A DNA stretch of 64,000 bases. It comes from Lepidodermella squamata. Its lineage: Eukaryota > Animalia > Gastrotricha. Shown piece by piece: positions 54,113 to 64,000 of this stretch; the stretch's first letter is position 1, and each line of letters starts with the position of its first letter. The stretch covers positions 62,001 through 126,000 of the forward strand of contig JBLDXI010000006.1 of assembly GCA_047495785.1 (NCBI GenBank). The letters run 5' to 3'. The notes under the pieces were generated by a model that was given only the letters and a program-made list of their open reading frames with translations, had not been told where the DNA came from and made no database searches. Position numbers and translations under genes: made by a program.

Positions 54113-55837
54113 GCACATTTACGGATCCGCGGTGGTTTCCTCCGGCCACCAAAAAGCCGTGAAAGGCTAGTTTTCCATAATAATTATTTGCGGACGGTAC
54201 TTTTGGCCGCAGCAAATTTTCACTCTTTTCCGCAGCAAATTTCCATTTATTCAATCATGGACGCCAGGTTACGTTTGATAAGAAGCTAATCACGACGCCA
54301 GTTGATAGCGGGGTTCGAGGGCTATCGATTGGCACTAATGTTGCCAAACGAACCCTTTTCAAGTTTCACCAATAGTGTGATTTGTGAGACAAAAGTATGA
54401 TGACTTCGGACTTTCCATCATATCCCCAAATTAGTCAATCTTTTATTAATGAGTTAGGGCTTTTTCGACAGCCCTAATCCTCCTCTATCAGAATAAGTGA
54501 GAATCCCAAGATTTGGAGAAAAATTGGAGAAGCTGGAAAGAAAATAAAGAAATTTGCTGCGGAAAAGAGTATGAATTTGCTGCGGGTTAAAGTATTTTTC
54601 TTATTTGCTCGCACGCTATTGGTCGATTCAAAAATAAACGCGGGAACCGCACTAATGCCACTGTGGAACAAAACAACCGTTGACTTTGCAGGGTTGTGGC
54701 TAAAAGTAAAGACCGACGGATATATTAAGACGGAAATATTAAGAGCTACATTACCTACATTCTCACAAACTGCAAAAATTGACTTTTTGTGAAAATTACT
54801 CCACTAAGAAATGAATAAATTATAAATTTCGAAAGAATTTCTGAAATTTAGCAATAAATCATTGGAGAAAATAAGCCAAGGCTTCAATTTGCAAGCAATT
54901 TAAACCACCTTGATTTTTACAAATTTTACGCTTGGCGTTTTGCAAAATTATAAATAAAAGTTGCATAATTTACTGCTTTTAAATCGATGGTCACAAATTT
55001 AGTTATAATTTTCAATTGAATGGTAGCAAGTACTACCCCTATTTTTTTTAATTTCGAAGGCCCAATTTTATCGTTCCTTTTTGTCGAAATAAGACCGGAA
55101 GATGATCGCAATGCACGCACTGAGCTGGCTGCAAGCCATTCATAACTTGTAGTGACCTAATTAATAAATGTGTGGAAATTTTTGTGTGTTGCAAAAAATA
55201 GCGTTCGCAAGTTTTATTGCTATGTGATATTACTACTGAAGGAAAAAACTATAGCCACGAAGGCAGCATGAACGAACGTAAAAACTGCCATACTGTACTT
55301 GTGACAACCTCACCCTTGAAAAACAAAAAACTTAACCTCGGTTTTATCAACAATTTATTGATATTCAAAATTTTAAGTCCACCTGTGATTTAGCGTCCAG
55401 TTTTTCCGCGCTTTTAATTGACAATTTTCGTTGAATTTTTTGGCGATCGATTTGGGTGATTTTGCCAATTTTTCTAATTTTCAGCCAGGAGTCAAAAAGG
55501 CAAAATGTTGACATTCGGGTGAAAATCACAGCCTTTGCACATTTATTCAATTATTGATTTCACTGGATTTGGGATTTTTGGAAAATTGTTCTATCATTCT
55601 CATATAAAATCCACTTTTTACAGCATCTAAAATGAGGCCCTGTATTTGCGCCGTTCTGCATTATCAACCATGAATCTGTGAAGTCGACGGTTATTTTGTT
55701 TCGCTGTGGCATTAATGCGACTCCCGCGCTTATTTTTGAATCGACCAATAGCGTGCGGGCAATTAATTGTTAGAGAAAACTAGCAGTTCACGGCTTTTTA
55801 GTGACCGGAGGAAACCACCGCGGATCCGTAAATGTGC
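54113..55837. mobile_element. Non-autonomous Mutator/MULE-like element
   Basis: TIRs gcacatttacggatccgcggtggtttcctccgg (33 bp perfect, ~60 bp imperfect). Exact 9-bp TSD ccgttgacc. Confidence 0.88.
54607..55760. mobile_element. Nested non-coding TIR element inside the MULE-like element
   Basis: ~80-bp imperfect TIRs gctcgcacgctattggtcgattcaaaaataa / ttatttttgaatcgaccaatagcgtgcgggc. Flanks are ATTT and AATT (AWWT-like, one mismatch). Confidence 0.7.
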
Positions 55838-57107
55838 CCGTTGACCACATCGATCCATGAATTGAAGATCCAAATGATTTTAGGTCCGAAGAGACCATGG
55901 TTGTAAGCTTCACATGCCATTCCGGGGCAGAAGTTGATGTAGCAGTTGCCGTATATGACACGAACATCGGCTGCTTTCATTCTCGCCAAAGATTCAACCA
56001 AGCCTGCATCATCCATGTAGAACTCTTCGGCCGCCACTTTTTTCCCTGCTTCAAGGATAGCCTTTGCGAAGTAGATCGCGTCGTCATAAGTTGTGTGAAC
56101 GGCATCTGCTAGGTAACCCATTCGATTCCAGCCAAGGTAGAGCATCAATTAGCGTTTAGCTCGAAATTTCTCGACCTCAACGAAAGATGGGGCGAATCGA
56201 TAGAAATTCGGGTAGAGCTTCCGATTTGTAAACTGAGGCTCCGTGCATCCAACAAGGGCGTTGATGAAGCCGTATTGCTGGGGTAGTCTACGGGCGGTTT
56301 TGCAGGTTGCAGAGCAAAGCCCGCCAACAAAAAGGGGCGGAACGTAAGCCTCGCCACTGAAGTTAGTCCGAAGTGGCAAATTGAGACTGCCGTAGACCCG
56401 TGAGCTGTCAACGACCCGTTCGAGGTTTTCGTAGAATTTCAGCGCCATTTGCTGAGCTGCTGTAGCCAAGCATTGATCATCGCCCATGTCGATTTGCAGT
56501 TTGTAGTCGGGTAGAATATCGGGGCTTGAGTTGATGGCCTCTAAAGCCATACTCACTGCTTCGGGACACATGGGACCCGCTGGATTTACGGGGCCACTTA
56601 TTGGGGCATTCATAGCCACTTTCAACGTCCATGGTTTCGAAGCAAATGACAGAAGTGGTAAAATAGCTGGCCTGCACAACATTGTTCTTAAATCTCTGTG
56701 AAAATTGTTGGTAATGCTCAATCACTTGTTGTCGCGATATGATCTGCGTGCTACTTCGAGTTTAATTTGCGTTATCAATTACCTACAACTTTAGTTTGAT
56801 ATACATATCTAAGACTACTCCATGTCGCGTTTATTCAATTAAGTTCGAAGCCTCAGTGACGCAGTTTCAATTACCTCAACCACTTTACATTTGCACTTTA
56901 CTCAATGTCTGTTGAACTCAGCAGACGTACGTTCTCAAAGTACGGAAGAGTTCAGACAGCCCTGTTTACAACTGAAGTTCACCTGCTCAGCTTCCAGGGA
57001 ATGGCAAGATGATTAGGACGAAAGCGGACATAACAAGCGAAAAAGAATCATTGTACCACAATTAAGTCCATTTTATTGTATTTTCTTGCTTTACATAAAA
57101 CAATTTG

Positions 57108-59585
57108 TTAACAATTTGAACCTCTCCTGCTTGCAACTGATGGAACCCGGGGTACAGTCAAACCTTCAATCATCAGCCTAGTTCGGCTGACTTCCATAGC
57201 CGGGGTAACAGCGCTGCGGTCAAATGTCCGGAGCTTCGCCATCGTGAGTAAGGTAGCCACAGTTCGGAACTGCAAGATGAAGGTCATCGATAGAGAGAAC
57301 ACCAAATAGAACACAGCCAAAGTCGCGAGCAACGAATCGGTGGCATCGTCAAAAACCGAAAAAGCAAACCCGCAGATCAGCAAAGTTGAACTGGGAACAT
57401 AGAGTGCCACAGCAGTGCTTTTTACCTCTGTTTGAAAGCCAATGTCTGCAGCTTTTGCATCGGGGTCACCTAGAGGCCGTTCGCTCATCATACTTACTCG
57501 ACGGGTGAATGATTCCGATCGCATTCGATGACTCGTGCTGATTGGCATGACAGTTCTAGGAGCAATAGATGGCCTGGCTTGCTTTCTCGAAGATCGAATC
57601 GCTAGTCCTAAAACTACAACGAGCAACACGCTTTGAAGAGCCAAAATCGCTAGAGGAGCTCTTGGAGCATCTTCTTCGGTCTGAAATGAGCAGACGTAGG
57701 TATACTCAGTCCAAGCAGTATCAGTTTCTGATTCGTAAATCGTTTTCAGGATTGCCACAGCTTTTGGTTTCGACTCGCCAAGATACCAAGTTTGAATGAG
57801 AAACCCATCGACAACAACAAGGACGAACAGGATCGAGTAATGAAATTTTGTATTTATCATCTCGCCAATGTATCGATACGCCCATAATTTGATCCCGATT
57901 GTTGCAACAGTAATGGTGAAACCAAAGATGACTAATGGACCGATGGCCGAACAGAAAATGTCCAGTTTCTGAAGATTGCAGCCATCAATTGGGAAAAATA
58001 GTATAGCAATGCCCACCAAGGTTGATCCAGCGCAAGTCAGAAGGTCGAGGATTGTATTTGTTTGAAGTAAGTATCCAACGTATATCAAGGCCCATTTCAG
58101 GCAGAGTGTGATCGCAGTGATGGCTATCAGACCTATGACAGTTGTTCTGGAGACGTGATTGATACGTTTCGCCTCAATAGGCTCAGTTGTCGGGGTATTT
58201 CTCCTCCAACGTAGACGGGCCATTTTCAGGAAATATCGTTGCGGATCTTCGATGCTTCTGTTCCTGGCAATGAGAACAGTCCTCCTTTCACCTTGGTACA
58301 TTTGCTCGACTATCAGTGGCGGATTGATGGCCTCGTCCGATCCGGGTAGAAACGCAGCATTTCCGTAAATTCCATTCGCCTCGACGGAGATGGAGTTCCT
58401 TCGAATAAGGTCGGTCAACTCAGCTTTCCGAGACTTGTCTTCAATTATAACTTTCAGAGATTCATTTCGTTTGTTCAGCTCGAGCTCGGCGTTGTGAAGT
58501 ATTTTCGCTCCAATAACCACGTCATCGAAACAAATCAAACGCCACGAGAATGCTGGATGATTGTCGTAGTTCGGGATTTTCTTTGCCATGTAATCATCGA
58601 ATTGACTGTAAGTGATACCAGTCTCAGTTTTCCAATCTCTTGGCTGTGAGTTGGCCATGAAATCAGGTCCGATGTACAACGAATACTCTGCGAATTCCTG
58701 AACCATTGCCCGACTGCAGCCAGGAGGGAGAATGCCATTGACTACGTCGATCCACGAATTGAAGATCCAAACAATCTTTGGCCCCCATAAGTTGCGCCTG
58801 TAGGCTTCACATGCCATAGCTGGGCAGAAGTTGACGTAGCAGTTGCCGTAGATTATTCGAACATCCGCAGCCTTGAGCCTGGTGAGAGACTCACGCATTC
58901 CAGCGTCGTCCATGTAAAATTCCTCCGCAGCGACTTTCTTCCCAGCTCCGAGAATAGCCTTCGCGAAATAGATCGCGTCATCATAAGTTGTTTGAACAGC
59001 ATCAGCCAGGTATCCCATACGATTCCAGCCGAGGTAGAGCATCAGCTTTGCTCGAAATTTCTCGACCTCGACAAATGATGGAGCGAAACGGTAGAAGTTC
59101 GGGTAGAGCTTGCGATTCGTAAACTGAGGCTCAGTGCATCCAACCAGAACGTTGATGAATCCGTACTGCTGGGGTAATCTACCAGCTGTTTTGCAGGTAG
59201 GCGAGCAGAGACCGCCCAGAAACAAAGGTGGGACGTAGGCCTCTCCTGTGAATTCAGTCCGAAGAGGCAAAGTCAAGTTTCCGTAGACTCGCGAGCTTTG
59301 AACGACCGGTTCGAGGGTTTCGTAGAATTTCAGAGCCATTTCTTGAGCCGCAGTACCCAAGCACTGATCATCGCCCATGTCGATTTGCAATTTGTAGTCG
59401 GGTAGAATATCGGGGCTCGAATTAATAGATTCCAAGGCCATGGTGACAGCCTCAGTGCACATTGAACCCATTGGATTGACAGGGCCCCCAATCGGAGCGC
59501 TCATTGGAACTTTCAAGGTAAAGGGCTTCGCTGCGAAAGTGAACAACGGCCCAAAGACCAGAATGGCAGATAAGTGTAACATCAC
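57108..59585 (-). CDS. GABA-B-receptor-like class C GPCR, intronless, intact
   Basis: 825-aa ORF with VFT plus 7TM. The VFT is nearly identical to that of the 27058 gene. Confidence 0.9.
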   Translation of the reverse strand: MMLHLSAILVFGPLFTFAAKPFTLKVPMSAPIGGPVNPMGSMCTEAVTMALESINSSPDILPDYKLQIDMGDDQCLGTAAQEMALKFYETLEPVVQSSRVYGNLTLPLRTEFTGEAYVPPLFLGGLCSPTCKTAGRLPQQYGFINVLVGCTEPQFTNRKLYPNFYRFAPSFVEVEKFRAKLMLYLGWNRMGYLADAVQTTYDDAIYFAKAILGAGKKVAAEEFYMDDAGMRESLTRLKAADVRIIYGNCYVNFCPAMACEAYRRNLWGPKIVWIFNSWIDVVNGILPPGCSRAMVQEFAEYSLYIGPDFMANSQPRDWKTETGITYSQFDDYMAKKIPNYDNHPAFSWRLICFDDVVIGAKILHNAELELNKRNESLKVIIEDKSRKAELTDLIRRNSISVEANGIYGNAAFLPGSDEAINPPLIVEQMYQGERRTVLIARNRSIEDPQRYFLKMARLRWRRNTPTTEPIEAKRINHVSRTTVIGLIAITAITLCLKWALIYVGYLLQTNTILDLLTCAGSTLVGIAILFFPIDGCNLQKLDIFCSAIGPLVIFGFTITVATIGIKLWAYRYIGEMINTKFHYSILFVLVVVDGFLIQTWYLGESKPKAVAILKTIYESETDTAWTEYTYVCSFQTEEDAPRAPLAILALQSVLLVVVLGLAIRSSRKQARPSIAPRTVMPISTSHRMRSESFTRRVSMMSERPLGDPDAKAADIGFQTEVKSTAVALYVPSSTLLICGFAFSVFDDATDSLLATLAVFYLVFSLSMTFILQFRTVATLLTMAKLRTFDRSAVTPAMEVSRTRLMIEGLTVPRVPSVASRRGSNC

Positions 59586-60128
59586 TTGTGAATTTTCTAG
59601 CGAGATGAAATGGAAATTAAAGGGTGAATAATCAGTTCAAGCCCTTTTTATACGGATTTCAAAATTAATCGCGTTAGTGCATTCTTTTCCGGTGTTGTTT
59701 TGCGTTTTGTGTACGGTTTTCATGCAATCAAGTTAATCATATGGTGTCCAGACTTATAACGTGACTCTCACTGTGATTGGAAAATGACTGCCTACGTCAG
59801 TACTGAATTATTAAAATTTCTCCATTAATAGGTACAAGTGCTTTAAAAATATCTTCAATTAAGCTAATTGTGAATTTTGGGATACCTATGGTATAGAAAA
59901 GCTACAACTCGGACGGGTCCGGTTTTGTCAACCTTTTTCAAGAGACTACTACCCTTGATGATACTTTAATTGATGACTTCAAAAGGGACCTTCCAGCGTT
60001 ACACTTTATTGTATTTCACTCGTAGATTGAAAGTAAGGAGGAAAGCTAAGAAAGAAGGCTACAACAAGTTATAAGGTCGCCAAGGCAGAATCGGGTCTCC
60101 ACAACTTGTTCTCGCTTGTTCTAGCAGT

Positions 60129-61418
60129 TTAGTTTGACTTGATGATGACGATGGCGTAGGCCTGAATTCCAGCATAGCAAGCGAGGGCGATGCCAAAACC
60201 GAAGATATCCAACACGCGCATGAAGCTGCAACTCGCCTTGCCGACACTTACCTGCCGCTTCAGGTACTTCTTGTTATCGCCAAAGTTCGACAGGCAGCAG
60301 GCGATCATTTCGTAAAAGGTGACCAGAGCAGCGAACCACGACAGCAGGAGGATGTAGTCGCTCAACAGAATTCGGTCCGATGTCTTCGGAACATCCTTCA
60401 GAACATCCGACTGCGCTACAGTCAGCGCTAGAAGGATCGTCACAGCGAATGTCGGCCTGTCTGGCTTATCTGGCGGCATTAGGAACGTGGCCAGCTCCAA
60501 CAGCGACAAGCAAATACTCGGCAGAGCGAGGTTGATGAAGTAGAAGTCAGGCTTTCGAGTTATCGTGATTGAAAAATCGACAACGCTCACGTTATTTCCG
60601 CTGATTTTCGCGAAACGTGTCGTTGCATCGCAGCTAGTGAAATCCCACTCCGTACCAGGCTGGCCGGGGCAGATTGGCAGAACGTTTTGGTCGCTGAATT
60701 GCAAAAGGTTCGACGAACGCTGGAAAGCGAACGAAAAGAAGCAGGTCTGGCTGTCGTAGGGGAATTTCGCGAGGAACAGCTCGCACTGAGCCTGGAAAAA
60801 CCCGCGACGGACGTAGTAGAAGTCGAAATCTGTCATGCCTGTGCTGCCGTCATCCTTCAAGGTCGCCACCATGTCATTACCAAACTGCTCGCCCTTCATG
60901 AAAATGTCTGACGAACTTGTTGTGAAGATGTACGTCGGAACCCAGATTGAAGTCTTTAGGTCCTGATTTTTAGGGATGAATAGCCGTTTCAGGGTGGTAG
61001 CCTGGTAGGCTGGTACACTATTGCAAGTCTTCACTCGCCAATGAAGCCACATCAGCGCTGAAACTTTCATCGTTTCATCGACATCGCTGAATTCGACGAG
61101 GCGATCCACTGCGAAAACAGCCTCCATTACAGTGGGATAGTCGTAGTTAGGAGGGGCAGTTCGATTTGGCGCGAAATCGCCGCAGTACTGCATGACTAAA
61201 TCAGTTGTCAGTTCAGGCTTGGACAAATCCTTCGTCAGCGACGGGTACAGGCCTTCGATGAGTTCTTTCGCGTTGTTGGCGACTCGACTGCTCGACAAGC
61301 GGGTTTGGTCATTTTTCAACTTGGCAACGGTCCAAAGAGGCTGGGAAGCCGTAGATGCCGCTATATCACCCTTAGCTTCAGCCAACAGCGCCAGCAAAAA
61401 GATGGATACAATTTTCAT
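60129..61418 (-). CDS. Divergent intronless Cys-loop (nAChR-like, non-alpha) ligand-gated ion channel
   Basis: Signal peptide MKIVSIFLLALLAEAKG, IWVP, Cys-loop CELFLAKFPYDSQTC, RKPDFYFINL..P and M2 DRPTFAVTILLALTV. Short M3-M4 loop and no loop-C vicinal Cys. Confidence 0.9.
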   Translation of the reverse strand: MKIVSIFLLALLAEAKGDIAASTASQPLWTVAKLKNDQTRLSSSRVANNAKELIEGLYPSLTKDLSKPELTTDLVMQYCGDFAPNRTAPPNYDYPTVMEAVFAVDRLVEFSDVDETMKVSALMWLHWRVKTCNSVPAYQATTLKRLFIPKNQDLKTSIWVPTYIFTTSSSDIFMKGEQFGNDMVATLKDDGSTGMTDFDFYYVRRGFFQAQCELFLAKFPYDSQTCFFSFAFQRSSNLLQFSDQNVLPICPGQPGTEWDFTSCDATTRFAKISGNNVSVVDFSITITRKPDFYFINLALPSICLSLLELATFLMPPDKPDRPTFAVTILLALTVAQSDVLKDVPKTSDRILLSDYILLLSWFAALVTFYEMIACCLSNFGDNKKYLKRQVSVGKASCSFMRVLDIFGFGIALACYAGIQAYAIVIIKSN

Positions 61419-61825
61419 CGCTGCAACGAACAAAAACTCTGAAAATCGCAAAAAGTGTTTTTCTCGCTCGCAAAAAAACACAATTTGTTCCGATCAAATC
61501 ATCACACCTGCGGTTTTATTAGCTCCCTCTAGCAATAAAGCTAAGAGAGAGAAGTGCGTTTATTAATTTTGTGTTTACTCAGGCAGCAGCTTCGTTTATT
61601 GAAGTGGCAAGATCCTTTTGAAGAGTCGAAGCAAAAATATCGAATTTCAAGGGCCGCGTGTAATTGCCTAAATTAGGGAGTGGATGCGAGCTGAATGCTG
61701 AATGCTGAATCGAACGTGAGAGAACCAAGAAACAAAAACGGTAGCATTTCAGCTCTCAGCTATCATTTTACTGATTAATGTCGCTGATGAGCTATCAAAT
61801 TTGAAGAATTTGTCTGTCAATAAAG

Positions 61826-64000
61826 ATGAGAGTAGATCAAACTACGGTTTTCGCCGTTATTTGCCTGATACATTCCAGCAAAGCTTTGAGAAAGCCTAAC
61901 AAGATTGTCATGTTGCACATCACTCGAATGACAGGCGGTGAACCAATGTCGGACGATTGTAGGCGAGGGGCTCAACTAGCCGCAAGGGTCGTCAATAACC
62001 GGTCAGACATCCTACCAGACTACGAACTGGAAATCGAAGACGGCGATGAGAAGGCGGCAGCTTCAGCTACAGTCCGAGTATGGATGGACTTCACGAATCG
62101 CTTCATCAACAACTACGACGCTTTGGCCCAGAAAAACACTTATCAGTCGCCTGTTTCCATTGGAATGTGGGTGTCGAATGGATGCAAAGCTGTTGGCAGT
62201 TTCATCCACCAATTTCAATCGGTCAACATCATGGAAACATGCTCAGCATGTAAGTCTTAAAATTCTGAAAATTCCTTCTTAAAAATGTTTGCTCAGATTT
62301 CTTGACGGATAAAAAGCTTTACCCGAACATGTTCACAACAAACCAGCCAGTGAACCCGAAATTTTTCGGTATCGTTCGACTTCTCAAGGAAGTATATGGG
62401 ATCAAAAAGGCGATAACTTATAGCGGGAGTATCAACGATTTCGCAGCGATTTTGAGCTTCCATCAAATCGCTACTGAGCAAGGAATTGATGTTGTTTGGC
62501 TTGATTCTGTCATTCAGTTGGATCAAGAGCGAGCTATGACTCTGAAGAAGAGTGATGCTCGCTTTATCGTAGCGATCTTAACTGCCCTAACCGATACCGT
62601 TGATTTCTTCTGCCAGGCCTACAGGGTCGGAATTCGGGGTCCGCGTTACACTTTTGTAATCACGGACTCTTCACTGCCTGTTCCTAGTATCTACGCGGAG
62701 GCGGCTATTCCTAGGAACTGCAATCGCACTGTTTTGTATGAACAAACCGCACAGACCTTCGAAATTGCAGCCGGATTCAATATCAATCTCGAAAATGAAG
62801 TGCCTTGTGAGTTTGGCTACACTCAGACACAATTCGACGTTATGTTTAATCAGATGAAAAACGGAACTCCGCCTGCGATCGACTACGACAGACGCTACCT
62901 ATGCCACGACGTAGCAATGCATGCGATTTTGATTCTGAACAAAACTGAAAACACGTTGAAAGCGAGTGGGAGTAATTTGACCCTGAAAGACTTCGTAACC
63001 CATCGACAATCCGTTGGCGCGGTGATTAAACAAGAAGCTGATCGGATTGATTATCGATCTTTGCATACTGCCCGGACGAAATACGACGCTGAGGGGCAAC
63101 TTTTCAGCAGAGATACGTTTCTGCTGAAATGGTTCCCGGGCGAAGGTTATCGAAATGTCTTCGCGATCCAACGTCTAGACACCCCGCTAACTTGGTCGTA
63201 TGAAAGCTACAAAGTTCGCCAGATCGGGAACCCGAATTGGGGAACAAAAGACGGATTGGCGCCCCATGATAGGGCTTACATTAGCCTGACATTGCAACCG
63301 TCTCAATCCACGCTAGTCGCAGTGATTATATTCGCGGGGTTAATCTCGGCGTTTCAAGTATTCGGAATGTTGATTTTCGCGATCACTCGAAGGAATTTAG
63401 GATCTTCACTATTGATTGTAAAGAGCCTTGGGTTATTGGGGTGTCTAATGTTGAACGCCTCCGCAATCGCTCATACTTGGCCTACGGAGATCAGTTTTGC
63501 CCTAGAGTTGGAAATCGTAAGACTTAGCTTGGTAATAGGAGGCCTGTCTCTTCTTAATGGCGTTGCCGCTACAACGCCTTACTCCATGCTGAGAAACGGC
63601 GTCCTAATGCTTCAGCAAAAGGGTAACAATTCAAGCAGTAGCTCAATGTCACGGAAGGCTAAGATTTTCGCTATTGTCCAGAATCGGGCTTATAAGTATC
63701 TAATAGCCTTCGTGGCACTGAACGCCCACATTTTGATAGTTTGGCTCATTGCCAAGGATGGTTTACATTGCAGTATTTCAATGCCCGATCAGCCGATTGT
63801 TGACGATGAAAATGATGTAATGATCAGTCAGTACCTTGTAGCTTGTATCTCAACACTGCATCACCGTTCTTGGATTATGGCTCTAGGAGCTTTTCACATT
63901 CTGATTTTGAGCACTGGCTGTTTGTACGCGTTCAGACTACGACAGGTCAAGGAACTTGATGTCACCCTTGCAGCGCTAATGGTCATCAATGCGAATGTCA
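61826..64000 (+). CDS. Divergent GABA-B-like class C GPCR; runs off the right edge
   Basis: VNNRSDILPDYEL, intron 62250-62296, then LYPNMF, KSDARFI, FCQAYRVG..GPRYTF and TM helices in an open frame to the window end. Confidence 0.85.

Larger units (their letters stand above)
51248..56721 (-). pseudogene. GABA-B-like class C GPCR disrupted by three lesions
   Basis: Colinear with the intact paralogs. A 6-bp insert creates TAA at 56149, a MULE-like element interrupts VVNG|LLHPGC, and a LINE interrupts LAIS|STRKQ. The C-terminus resumes at ~51689 and ends at 51248. Confidence 0.9.

Noticed and set aside
54474-55748. Short ORFs inside the MULE-like element
   Set aside because: They derive from AT-rich DNA and the nested TIRs, with no transposase motifs.
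56149-56151. Stop-codon readthrough or alternative genetic code
   Set aside because: The TAA lies in a 6-bp insertion absent from both intact paralogs, and other genes end at standard stops.

Overview
This is animal (invertebrate) nuclear DNA with compact genes, mostly 45-65 bp GT-AG introns, expanded receptor families and many transposon insertions. The main feature is a ~13 kb Sola1-type DNA transposon (33013-46005) with perfect 29-bp TIRs and an AAAT target-site duplication. It encodes an 11-exon DDD transposase plus cargo genes. Two cargo genes look like nuclear-envelope proteins: a NEMP/TMEM194 homolog and a GEX1/KAR5/Brambleberry-like nuclear-fusion protein with a duplicated Cys-rich domain. 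The element sits in a 63-bp intron of a receptor tyrosine kinase whose ectodomain reads LamG-like, SEA-like, LamG-like, protease-dead trypsin (30152-47137; a paralog starts at 1848 and runs off the left edge). The same LamG-like module is fused in tandem to a decayed Cys-loop ion channel gene (47569-50780). Other contents: four GABA-B-like class C GPCRs (one broken by a LINE, a Mutator-like element and an in-frame stop), an intact intronless Cys-loop channel, a gustatory-receptor-like gene, a four-CTLD lectin, duplicated Cys-rich secreted proteins, catalytically dead neprilysin-like and HOGA1/DapA-like proteins, an intronless DUF4419 gene, and Tc1/mariner, hAT, Sola1 and SINE non-autonomous elements. 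All family calls come from motif recognition by eye; no database searches were run, and exon boundaries were deduced by hand.
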